From positions 272,191 through 336,190 of the forward strand of contig NW_008246078.1 of assembly GCF_000281045.1 (NCBI RefSeq): 64,000 nt of DNA, in the 5' to 3' direction. Positions 1-10,391 of this stretch are shown here, in pieces; the first letter of the stretch is position 1, and the number at the start of each line of letters is the position of its first letter. A program made the translations under genes and the position numbers. The stretch is from Saprolegnia diclina VS20. Its lineage: Eukaryota. The notes under the pieces were generated by a model. That model made no database searches. It saw nothing but the letters and a program-made list of their open reading frames with translations, and was not told the DNA's origin.

Positions 1-2139
1 GTCCAGTGCATACTGTCATGACTACCGTGCTAAGATCTGAGAATATGAACCGCCCAATCTGAGTTGTTAGCCACGGTACCGTTGCCGTCGGGCGATTTTT
101 CTCAACTTCATCTTGTCTACGCGCGCGTGTCGGCGATACCGGTTCTTGTACCCTTTGACGCTTGACGCTGCTTTGACTGATCAAGGTGTTGTCGCTGCGT
201 CCTCATGCAGCATACGAAGGCTTCGGTCTACTTCGTTGAGGACACCAAGCACGACCGGCGAGTTACCAGCAACGTGTTGAGCGCGTCGCACGCATCGAGC
301 ACATGCATTAGTACCTTTTCTGGGCGTGTACATGCGCTGTAGAGGCTCGTGGCGTTCTCGCTCAAGTACTTGGTGATCCCTACCACTGTGCCACTGTGCT
401 AGTACAGTGCTGGCATCGGTGCTGCGCTGGTCGCAGACTTCGGTGCCGGAGCAATAGATTGGCCATTGCACTCGAGCCAGCCGTCTATACGTTAGGATTA
501 ATGGAGTCAACGCGCAAGAGCAACAACGTCGAGCGCTGGTGCGACGCAGGGGTCGCTGATTTCTGTATCCGGACAAAACAAAATCCGGATACCTGGCAGA
601 AAGTGCAAATTCGTCCGACGACGTCGGCGCAGCACAAGGATCTGTGCGTTGTCTTCGGAGCGCGCCCCACGCGTTTCTGTGCCAAACGACCTTCATCTCG
701 AGCGCCTCACACAAGATGCCCTGATCCTTGCACATGGCAGCCAGCACCGCGACTACTGGCAGCGCACAGCGCGACGCGACCCACTCGTCCAACGAAGGTG
801 AGGTAGGAAGTGATCGGCATGACTCGCTCGTAACCTTCGCGTTGACTGCGCCGTTGTCTTTCGGGCGCAGGCGCGCTCGATAGAAACGATCATAGCGCTG
901 CGCCTTTTGCCCTTGCTTTGCGCAGCAGACCGCTTCGGGCGTCTGGCAGCATTCTCGCAGCGTCGAGAACGTGCTCGTTCTTGTGCCGGACTCGCTCGGT
1001 TTCTCGTCACAGTGCTCGTGCGCGTCTGTAAGTCGTTCTCACGGCTCTGTTTGGCGGTGCCAGCCCGAGATTCGAACACAAAATGCTGCTGCACGCCATC
1101 ACCTGCTGTTCAAACGTGGTGTCGCCGAAGCGCCGCCTACGACGGGTCATTGTCGCTACGAACGTCGTGCGCCGCGCTCTTTGGCGTCGATTCTCGCGTC
1201 GTTCAAGGACCTCGTCTCATCCGTTGCTTCCGATGCGATGACGACAGCGTCGTCAAAGGACATAAGGGCCCCAAGCTTGGCCGGTACAATAGCTTGCTTT
1301 TGGTAACGACCGAGGACTTTGTCGCTGCCTTACTGTACAATGACTTTGAAGTCACGAATCGATCCTTCTTTGTTGGCAGTTCAGCATGAACTAGGACGCG
1401 CTAGGCGCGCGCGATTCTCGACACCCCCGCTTGGCTACACATCACAAGGATGGCAACAGAAAAAGCGGCTTGATCGCAAGCGCCATGATTGCACCTTCAT
1501 AAAGACAAAGCTGCAGACTCCGCGCTTTGACCTAGTGCGGCTACGAGGTGCGATCCTAGATGCACTACAGTGTACAAACTAAGATCGTAGTGCCATCCAT
1601 CCAAGAAGCACTGCGCCAGGACGCCAGTGCCACGGAATCGACAACATCAAGCTTGAAATAAAGTGGGCATCACATTTAATGGCAAGTCACCCATAGTTAT
1701 TTGTGTATCGCAACTGATTCAAATGACCAACCCTATCCCTACCTAACCCTAACGTCACCAACGGTCAGCTTTGCTCCCTCCACGTCTTTGGTCAGTCGAT
1801 GTCGAGGCATCCAATCGAGCTCGTCGTACAGCTGCAAAGACTACATCTCCGTACACAGCTCACTTCCATCTTCAATCAAGAGAGAATATGACTTCGGTTT
1901 TGGCGATTCGAACGCATTTTCACCCAAAATTTCGTCCCGTCGTCGGTCGAGATCGAGACAAGGACTCCAATACTGTGCGTTGCAGGCTTCAATTGCACCT
2001 TAAAAGTCGCCCAAGAAGCTCAACAAAACCTATATACAGGTAGAGCGCTTTGGTTTTGTGTGTAAAAGTGGTGGATCTGCAATTTTACGAAAGCAACTCA
2101 ACAATATGACATTTATAAAGCGCCACTAACGTCGACCGT

Positions 2140-3279
2140 TTAGCACGCCGGCTTGTCGCCGACAATGGCATCCTTCGGGACCAAGTTCTTGGCCTTGAGG
2201 ATGTCGACGATCTTGTTGATCTTGAGGCCGCCGTTGGGACCGTCGGGGCAACCACCGCAGTTGTGAAGACCAACAACGACGTTCTCCTTGGTCGAGAAGA
2301 CGGGCGAGCCCGAGTTACCGCCCTGCGTGTCGAGCTCGTAGCCAAACTCATCCGGGACGCACGACTCGATGCTCAAGTCAGTGACGACACCCGGCTTGCC
2401 ATCGTCGACGACAATCGCAGCGTACTGCGGGTAGCCGCGGGGGTTGCCAATGATGTGGATCTCCTCCTTGAGCTTGGGGCCGTCCGGGCGGACCTGGAGG
2501 TAGCCGTACTTCTTGATGTCGACGCCGTCCTTGACGTTGAGCTTGATGAGCGCAAAGTCGTTCTCCGGGTTGGAGATGAGGTGGACAGCGTCGGTCGCGA
2601 CGATCTCGCCCTTGCAACCGAGCTGCTTGGTGTTGTTCGGGTCGTCGCACGTCGCGCAGACAGCGCCAAACTCGACCTGGACGTTCTTGGCATCGTCCGC
2701 CGTCTTGATGCAGTGGTTGTTGGTCATCAAGTGACCCTCCGAGCCAATGAGCCAGCCCGTGCAAAGCGACTTGCCGCCAATGAGGAGACGCGCCACCGAG
2801 AGCGCCGACTTTTGCTTGGCAGCATCCGCTGTGTAGCACTTGGTCGGCTTCGAGTCGTCCTTGCCGCAGATCGCCTCGAGCGGCGACGGCGGCTTGCCGA
2901 ACGTCACCTTGTCGATCGCGAAGACCGGCGTCGCCTGCTTGGTGTACGCAGCCGCTTCGTAGCTCAAGACGGCCTCCGAGCCCGAGATCCACTCGGCGAA
3001 AACGTTGGTACGCGACTCGCCGCCGACGTACTTGACCGACTCCTTGCCGTCGAGGCTCGAGATCGTGAGCGTCGCGCCGGCCGGGATGTTGAGCGCGTCG
3101 AAATGCACGGCCGTGTACGTAGCACCGACCTGCTTGATCGTGTGGCTGAACGGGGCGTCGCCGTTGAAGGTCAAGCTGAGCGGCGTCTCCTTACCAATCT
3201 CGATGGACGCCTGCTGGACGCACTGCTGCGCGGCGGCGGCGGCCGCGAAGAACGTGATCAACTTGGTCAAGCCAAACAT
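2140..3279 (-). CDS. Secreted trypsin-like (S1/Trypsin_2) serine protease with N-terminal CUB-like pro-domain, copy 1 (379 aa)
   Basis: Signal peptide MFGLTKLITFFAAAAAA; catalytic motifs CTGWLIG..TNNHC (His), DFALIKL (Asp), DTQGGNSGSPV (Ser); LEA|ICG maturation-like site; intronless; strong GC3 bias. Confidence 0.93.
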   Translation of the reverse strand: MFGLTKLITFFAAAAAAQQCVQQASIEIGKETPLSLTFNGDAPFSHTIKQVGATYTAVHFDALNIPAGATLTISSLDGKESVKYVGGESRTNVFAEWISGSEAVLSYEAAAYTKQATPVFAIDKVTFGKPPSPLEAICGKDDSKPTKCYTADAAKQKSALSVARLLIGGKSLCTGWLIGSEGHLMTNNHCIKTADDAKNVQVEFGAVCATCDDPNNTKQLGCKGEIVATDAVHLISNPENDFALIKLNVKDGVDIKKYGYLQVRPDGPKLKEEIHIIGNPRGYPQYAAIVVDDGKPGVVTDLSIESCVPDEFGYELDTQGGNSGSPVFSTKENVVVGLHNCGGCPDGPNGGLKINKIVDILKAKNLVPKDAIVGDKPAC

Positions 3280-5225
3280 GCTAGTTGGTGTATTTGCAAA
3301 GGAAGGCAAAATGGAAAGTGAGCTCGTAAGACGAACCCCAAGCGCGTGCGACTTGCGAAATCTGAGTTTGTGGATCTGAGTTGACCGCTGCATGGCCACA
3401 TGTCATTGGCTAGCCAAAGACAGATGGTGTCACTTTGCACCCGAGAATAGGAGCCGACGACGCAGTGTATCCATTATCATCACCATGAGTGCGAGGAGCG
3501 AACCCTACTACGAATGGCATTGCGCGATGGCAGTCGGGATGATGCTACCATCCTCGAGTGTTGGTTTCTTGTGGAGTCTTTGCAATGCATAGGTGCCTCT
3601 GGGTTCCTAAGTCTGGTCATCAAGTGTGATAGACATTGGGATGGAATCTGAGTTGGTGATGATCGACAACCTGGTGTGATTTGGGGCAAATACGTTTAAT
3701 CTTTAACGTCAACGCGGCGCCACTCGAATGAAATGGTAAAACGCAACCGATCAGATCTTAAACGCAGGGTCAAACCTGATGAGGAGCACCCACCACCCAC
3801 CACGTGGAAGATCGTCTGATAACCTGAGCATAGAAAGGGTCCTGCCCGTGCCGGTGCAGTCCTGATAGAGCCCACCTTCGGCCATTCGAGCACGGAGGAT
3901 TAACTGAAGAATTAGGTGCATTCACAAGTTTACCTCGAAGCTCACTGTGCTCACAATGAAGGTGCGTCTAGTTTGGTGTCGATTCCGGTCCTGTACGCTG
4001 GCCCTCGTTGCATACCGGTACTCGTGTCTCGAGGACGGGTTAGGGTAGTCGTCGAAGCGCCTGATCATCCATACGAAGCGTTGTACTATTCTGGTTCACT
4101 GTAGTCCGTAGTCCGGAAAAGGATCACGCTGCCTCGATCGTTCTTCTAGTCAAGAATGAGCATATACAGCGATGGGTAATGTAAACTCTTGTTTCCATCT
4201 TGGGTCCATTCCTCACACAAATCTTCCTTGAGACGTCCTACCATCGACTATCGCTACACTGTAGTCCCAAAACCTTGGTTTTGCTAGCCTTTTGTACTCG
4301 TGGTTCACACCCAGACTGTGTTGCTCCATCACCCCGCCGTGCACTATGCAATCGTGAGCATAAGGATGGTACGAAGCAATCCGCAGTGTAGTCGCACCCG
4401 TAAACGTACCTTGGTACAGCTGGGAGTTTGCTCAATGCGGTGGTTGCGCTCTAAGATCGGCTCGAAGGTCGCCAGGAACAGCTTGCGATCCGAGTAGTAG
4501 TGTAAGAGCACGAGGAAGCTGGGGCTGCATATGCAAGCGCATGTGGCGCACACTAGTAGAGCACTTGAACGTGAAGGATCTTGGTGAAAGATGGTTGCTC
4601 GTGTCGCACTCCTGCATCACAAAGCAGTGGCGGGTATCGTGGTCGAGGAAGTCGAAGAGGAGTCAAGGTGACACTGCGTCGGAAGAACGTGCGCAGCGTC
4701 TCGATGCGACTGCTCATAACGTTAGTACAATTCGCTATCGAGATACTGCAACCGAGACTCGAGTGACCACAAACGCGGCCAAAACGACGTGCACTGGACG
4801 AGCCGCTGTCTGGCTGCGCGACACGACCCCCACCAAGAGGAACAGGACGCAGAGTGGTGCCCGGCGTTTCCAGCGTTCTCGCTGCGTCCTTTCCTCTGCA
4901 TTCTCTAGTGTCCTTGTATTCGAGAGCCAACCTTGTGTGAATAATGAGTCGTAAACCAGGGCCCCTTGGCAATTACGGCGCGATCACGTTACGATAAGGC
5001 CATTGCATGCTATACAAAGTCACATGCAACACGTGCCGACGACTGCCCCGTGCGATGAATGCCCTTCGATCGCCTCCGAAGCTGACCTCGAAGAACGTGA
5101 AAAGCTTGAGCCCACCAAACGCACTCCAGTTGCTCCAATATCAGTGCTCTAGGGTGTTGGCCGATGAAACCGAAACGCTCGGACGTCACTTTACATTTTG
5201 CAATCTTCTCCAGATACCAACAAGC

Positions 5226-6368
5226 ATGTTTGGCTTCACCAAGTTGATCACGTTCTTTGCGGCCGCCGCCGCCGCGCAGCAGTGCGTCCAGCAGGCGTCC
5301 ATCGAGATTGGTAAGGAGACGCCGCTCAGCTTGACCTTCAACGGCGACGCCCCGTTCAGCCACACGATCAAGCAGGTCGGTGCTACGTACACGGCCGTGC
5401 ATTTCGACGCGCTCAACATCCCGGCCGGCGCGACGCTCACGATCTCGAGCCTCGACGGCAAGGAGTCGGTCAAGTACGTCGGCGGCGAGTCGCGTACCAA
5501 CGTTTTCGCCGAGTGGATCTCGGGCTCGGAGGCCGTCTTGAGCTACGAAGCGGCTGCGTACACCAAGCAGGCGACGCCGGTCTTCGCGATCGACAAGGTG
5601 ACGTTCGGCAAGCCGCCGTCGCCGCTCGAGGCGATCTGCGGCAAGGACGACTCGAAGCCGACCAAGTGCTACACGGCGGATGCTGCCAAGCAAAAGTCGG
5701 CGCTCTCGGTGGCGCGTCTCCTCATTGGCGGCAAGTCGCTTTGCACGGGCTGGCTCATTGGCTCGGAGGGTCACTTGATGACCAACAACCACTGCATCAA
5801 GACGGCGGACGATGCCAAGAACGTCCAGGTCGAGTTTGGCGCTGTCTGCGCGACGTGCGACGACCCGAACAACACCAAGCAGCTCGGCTGCAAGGGCGAG
5901 ATCGTCGCGACCGACGCTGTCCACCTCATCTCCAACCCGGAGAACGACTTTGCGCTCATCAAGCTCAACGTCAAGGACGGCGTCGACATCAAGAAGTACG
6001 GCTACCTCCAGGTCCGCCCGGACGGCCCCAAGCTCAAGGAGGAGATCCACATCATTGGCAACCCCCGCGGCTACCCGCAGTACGCTGCGATTGTCGTCGA
6101 CGATGGCAAGCCGGGTGTCGTCACTGACTTGAGCATCGAGTCGTGCGTCCCGGATGAGTTTGGCTACGAGCTCGACACGCAGGGCGGTAACTCGGGCTCG
6201 CCCGTCTTCTCGACCAAGGAGAACGTCGTTGTTGGTCTTCACAACTGCGGCGGTTGCCCCGACGGTCCCAACGGCGGCCTCAAGATCAACAAGATCGTCG
6301 ACATCCTCAAGGCCAAGAACTTGGTCCCGCAGGATGCCATTGTCGGCGACAAGCCGGCGTGCTATTGA
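5226..6368 (+). CDS. Secreted trypsin-like serine protease, copy 2 (380 aa), inverted near-identical duplicate of 2140-3279
   Basis: Same motifs; differs only at MFGF/MFGL, PQDA/PKDA and the C-terminal PACY/PAC; ATG at 5226 follows an Inr-like GTCACTTTACATTTTGC. Confidence 0.93.
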   Translation: MFGFTKLITFFAAAAAAQQCVQQASIEIGKETPLSLTFNGDAPFSHTIKQVGATYTAVHFDALNIPAGATLTISSLDGKESVKYVGGESRTNVFAEWISGSEAVLSYEAAAYTKQATPVFAIDKVTFGKPPSPLEAICGKDDSKPTKCYTADAAKQKSALSVARLLIGGKSLCTGWLIGSEGHLMTNNHCIKTADDAKNVQVEFGAVCATCDDPNNTKQLGCKGEIVATDAVHLISNPENDFALIKLNVKDGVDIKKYGYLQVRPDGPKLKEEIHIIGNPRGYPQYAAIVVDDGKPGVVTDLSIESCVPDEFGYELDTQGGNSGSPVFSTKENVVVGLHNCGGCPDGPNGGLKINKIVDILKAKNLVPQDAIVGDKPACY

Positions 6369-6944
6369 TAAAGAGTTGCCAGTGGTGTCGTAAATGTTTA
6401 TAGTTTGAACTGGTTTGAGCTTATACTTCCGCGTTGGCACCAACACGTGGTCCATGGTGCCTTCGCTTGCAGCGTCGCTGCGAGCTCGGCGCGATGCTGC
6501 ATTGCGTGACCAGTCATACGTGAATGTCCCCACAGAGGCTGCTCAGAGAGGCCCCGCCAAGGCTGCCAACGCACCTTGAACGTCGCTGCAATTTTGTGAT
6601 TGCTCCTCGTCGAGAAACAACACCCAAGAAGCCCAAGAGAAGGTGCAGCTCGGCAAAGGAGCGTCTAATTAGCCGTGACAAGGGTGCATTGGCGCTCTGC
6701 ACGCCACCTTACATCCGAAAATGGCGATCTTCTTGGCTTCAACATGGCCGGTTTGACACGCGACCATTCATTGGTCGGTTGGGTTGGGTGGTCTTTTCTG
6801 CATATTAATTTAACGTTCAATCTTTTCACTCTACAAATATCAGGTTGAACGTACTATATTTTAAAACGACCGTGGCCATCACTATAAAAAGATGGCCACG
6901 TCGCAGCGCCAGTCTACCATCACTTGGTGTTTGTATGCTCTATT

Positions 6945-7062
6945 TTATCCAATCCGGGCGCCGACCAAGAATATAGCCAATCAAGTGGCGGCATGTGATT
7001 TTGGCCAATCGGCGTCGAAGCTGGAAATAGGGGCGAGTTGGTGGTGGTCCATCATTCTCGGA
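6945..7062 (+). promoter_or_regulatory. eIF1A promoter with three CCAAT boxes and an Inr-like TCATTCT
   Basis: CCAAT near 6949, 6977 and 7005; ATCATTCTCG at 7051, just upstream of the ATG; CCAAT and Inr/FPR are established oomycete promoter elements. Confidence 0.55.
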
Positions 7063-7066
7063 GATC

Positions 7067-7556
7067 ATGTCCTCGGCAAGCAAGAACAAGGGCAAGGGCG
7101 GCAAGAACCGTCGCCGCGGCAAGGGCGATGGCGAAGAGAACAAGCGCGAGCTCGAGTTCAAGGAAGATGGCCAGGGTGCGTACATGCCTACGCATCTCGC
7201 CACCTCGCGCCACGGCTAACGATACCAAAAACCTCGTAGAATACGCCCAGGTGCTGCGCATGCTCGGCAACGGCCGCCTGGAAGCCTACTGCTACGACGG
7301 CGTCACGCGCCTCGGCCACATCCGCGGCAAGATGCGCAAGAAGGTGTGGGTCGGCGCCGGCGACATTGTGCTCGTGAGTCTGCGCGAGTACCAGGACGGC
7401 AAGGTCGATGTCATCCACAAGTACAACGCCGACGAAGCGCGCAGCTTGAAGGCGTACGGCGAACTCCCGGACAACGCGCGCATCAACGAGACCAACGTCG
7501 ACATGGAAGGCGGCGGCGACGACGACGACTGCGGCTTTGAGTTTGACGACATTTAA
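7067..7556 (+). CDS. EIF1A: Eukaryotic translation initiation factor 1A; exons 7067-7175, 7240-7556
   Basis: [57 protein letters not shown]; 64-nt GT-AG intron with CTAAC branch site. Confidence 0.97.
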
Positions 7557-7910
7557 ACGCGTTATTTTATCGGGGCGCCGACGACAATAGAGTTTTACCT
7601 CTTGGGGTGGCACGCCCACGTACGCTTTTGTCTTTTGCGCCTCTTGACGGCGGCCATTTTGTGACCATCTTAGTCTGATCTCTGCCGCTGCAGTTGCTTC
7701 CTCAAGCCCGGTATCCTCCCACACGTGGTGGCAGAGCTGATCGTCAGAGCTACTCGGAGCGCGATCGACCATCTCGGGTCCTCGGCCGCTTCCCTGAGGC
7801 GAGTAGCCCTCTACTGCAAGTACCTCCGTGCCCATCCCTATCTCGGTGGCACAGCAAATGGAACCGTTACGAGTCGGTTTCAACCGATAGCAGCCAGGAG
7901 ATGGTCGGAG

Positions 7911-8377
7911 ATGGCGTTTCCGAATTCCGCCGACGAGACGATGCCGAGCTTCACGACGCCGCTCGAGCTCGATGAGGACCGCGAGGCCGCCGTGACGCCG
8001 GCGCCGCTGAGCATGAGCCCCAACAAGATCCGCATGCGCATTGACGCCGCCAAGGAGCAGGCCAAGGTCGTCAACTCGGGTATGTGAGCGGCGCGGATGC
8101 AGCTCAAGCTGGCGCTAGTGTACGAGCAAGGCGAGGTGATCCACTGGATGAGCGTGCGCAGCCCGGACCTCGTGGCGTTTGGCCGAAGCCTCGAGCAGCG
8201 CGGGTTCCGGACGCTGGGCAGCATTGCGTTTCTGACCGAGGACGACCTGCCGCCGGACGTGAGCCCGGGCCTCAAGGTACGCCAGCGCGACGATAGGCCA
8301 TCATCGATGCTTCTTTGTCTTAGCACACGCTGCTCGTGGCGCTCGCGGAGCTTCGCCATGAGCTCTACCGCATGTAA
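7911..8377 (+). CDS. Small SAM-domain-like protein (126 aa); exons 7911-8079, 8119-8276, 8324-8377
   Basis: Two GT-AG introns (39 and 47 nt) join the frames; VIHWMSVRSPDLVAFGRSLEQRGFRTLGSIAFLTEDDLPPDVSPGLKHTLLVALAEL fits the SAM helical pattern (W..L..F...GF....LT.DDL....G...L). Confidence 0.7.
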
Positions 8378-8806
8378 TTAGAGTCTTTGTTGTATTTATA
8401 CCTACACCTCTTCTCTATGGCACTGCCACCCACGTTCCAGTGCCGATGCGACGCTGGACGACATGACATGCAGAAGGGTCAGCTACTCGGAATACGCATG
8501 GGAGGCGACCAAGCAGCAGGAGGAGGAGGGAGCGAACGAGAAGCCCGAGGCAGAGTTGGACGGCAAGTGGAGTGGCACGGCGTCGTCGGTCGGCCAAATT
8601 TCTGGCCGCCCAGCCGCCGACCAACCATCATGCTGATGATGATGGATGCCAAGAAGATGAAGAAGAAGGGTGGTCGCCGAGACTCTTCCTATTTCTTTGT
8701 CGTCTTGCCGTCCCACGCGGCAGCACGTTGAAGGTGCGCCTCTTCTGCCATGTGGCGCGTCCTCCGCCTTGCAGCTGCCACTGGCCTTTGCGCGTCAAAG
8801 AATTCG

Positions 8807-9184
8807 ATGCTGCGCAACACTTCAACGTGCAGCGAGCCGCTGGCGCTCGGCGCCAAGCGCGGCTGCCCGCGCGTCGTCTACCCGCTCGTGGCCGAAGCCG
8901 GCTTTGACATGGGTCTCGAGACTGTCCCAAGCCGCAGTCGGGTCCCACTCCATTTTCACGACGACAAGGACGAGGTCATCATCGTACTCCGGGGCACGGC
9001 GAGCATCAACATCAACGGCGAAGAGGCGCGCGCAGGCTGCGGCGATCTCGTGTTCATTGGCCGTGGCCAGTCGCACGAGATCCGCAACGAAGGCGACGAC
9101 GAGCTCCTCTTCTCGTGGAGCTTCTCACCCTCGAAAGCAACGTTCGCCGCGTCGTTGACGGCCAAGGACCTCGACCTCGTCTAA
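8807..9184 (+). CDS. Cupin_2 domain protein
   Basis: Cupin motif 1 PLHFHDDKDEVIIVLRG and motif 2 GDLVFIGRGQSHEIRN; intronless; start could be 8750. Confidence 0.85.
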   Translation: MLRNTSTCSEPLALGAKRGCPRVVYPLVAEAGFDMGLETVPSRSRVPLHFHDDKDEVIIVLRGTASININGEEARAGCGDLVFIGRGQSHEIRNEGDDELLFSWSFSPSKATFAASLTAKDLDLV

Positions 9185-9503
9185 TCTCATACATACCAGT
9201 CGTCCATTCTCCTGTGGCTGTACCTACTCTAACCTGACGTGGACGCGCCTTTTCTACACCACGCACAGCTACCAAGCTCATACCGGTTGGCAAGAGCAGA
9301 GCATTACGCAGCTCACATCAGAGCGCTACCCGCTCGCGTCGTCGTACGTACCCATCCAGCGCAAGGTGGAAGAATGGCGAACGCGGCGGCGCCTCTGCCG
9401 CCATCGCACCCAGTAGAAGCCGCGATCGAATTCGGCATTAGCGACTCGACGACGATCGACTGGATTACATGAAGCACATGCAACGACAACGAGAAGAGTG
9501 CTA

Positions 9504-10391
9504 CTAGAGCACGGCCTCTTCTGCTTCTTCGATGGGCAGCACGAGCCGGAACGACGCCTGCTGCTGCTGGGCGAGGCGTCGCCGGCGCACGCGGTGTGCG
9601 ACATAGAGCGCGGCCAGAACACCGAGCACGGCGGCGACAAGCAAAAGCGGCAGCAGAACGCTCGACGAACCACTGCCACTTGGTGCCATCTGGACGTTCG
9701 GATTCGGGTTGTCGAGACTTTCGTGGTACCCGTTCGTACACGACGCTGCGGTGATGGATGGAATGAGGATGTGCATGGTTGATCCGTTCAGAAACGTGAG
9801 CTCGACGTCCATGTTCGCCAACGGGATTTGCGCGCTTCCGGCAATGGCTCGAAAGTAGTAGCAGCTGCTTAGCATCTCGGTGACAAAGCCGTTGACACGG
9901 ACGCGCTGGACGCCCGTATCGACATTGACGGGCTGCACGGCCATCCAGAACGGATTCGCCCCGTTCTTGAGGCACACATGGGCCCGCGTGTCCTCGACCG
10001 GACAGCGCTCAAACGACCACGCGACTTGGAGTCGCGTCGCGTCCTGGCCCGTAATCTCTCGAAACACCTTTGGGCTCAAGTCGAGGTCGCCGTGCTTGCA
10101 TTCGGGGCACTGATCCACGAGCATGACAAGCGCGGACGCCGTTGAATTGCACCGACTGTCGATGCAGCGCACGCGCGCGCAGCGGCCGCAGTGGGCGAGA
10201 TTGGCCCACTGTGGCGCGTTGAGGGCTGCGTAGTTGGTCGTCGCTAGTGGCGGCGTCCACATGAGGTTGCAGTTGCCATGGCGCGGCGCGCTCAGGACGT
10301 ACGAGGTCCCGTCGCCTTCAAAGGTCTCCATGCTATAGACGCGAGCTATAGACGCGATGTCGATGCCAGACCTGGTCGGCCAGTATGTCAT
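9504..10391 (-). CDS. Expansin-like protein (DPBB/RlpA plus expansin C-terminal domain) with C-terminal TM anchor
   Basis: FEGDGTSY..GNC..YAALNAPQW..CGRCARVRC..VDQCPECKHGDLDLSP..F; TM LLPLLLVAAVLGVLAALYVA followed by RRRR; start uncertain (10391 or 10331). Confidence 0.85.
   Translation of the reverse strand: MTYWPTRSGIDIASIARVYSMETFEGDGTSYVLSAPRHGNCNLMWTPPLATTNYAALNAPQWANLAHCGRCARVRCIDSRCNSTASALVMLVDQCPECKHGDLDLSPKVFREITGQDATRLQVAWSFERCPVEDTRAHVCLKNGANPFWMAVQPVNVDTGVQRVRVNGFVTEMLSSCYYFRAIAGSAQIPLANMDVELTFLNGSTMHILIPSITAASCTNGYHESLDNPNPNVQMAPSGSGSSSVLLPLLLVAAVLGVLAALYVAHRVRRRRLAQQQQASFRLVLPIEEAEEAVL

Noticed and set aside
1..1600. ORFs of 100-200 aa possibly from a decayed transposon
   Set aside because: No recognisable transposase, RT or integrase motifs, weak codon bias, no terminal repeats seen
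3600..5000. Spacer between the proteases as a mobile element or invertase cassette
   Set aside because: Only short stop-interrupted frames; no recombinase or transposase motif identified
2263..6533. Long antisense ORFs over the protease genes, and similar shadow ORFs across the window
   Set aside because: By-product of strong GC3 codon bias on the opposite strand; no recognisable protein features
8085..8087. In-frame TGA between two codon-biased ORFs (possible selenocysteine or readthrough)
   Set aside because: It lies inside a canonical 39-nt GTATGT..CTAG intron (8080-8118) whose removal keeps the frame; no convincing SECIS was found downstream
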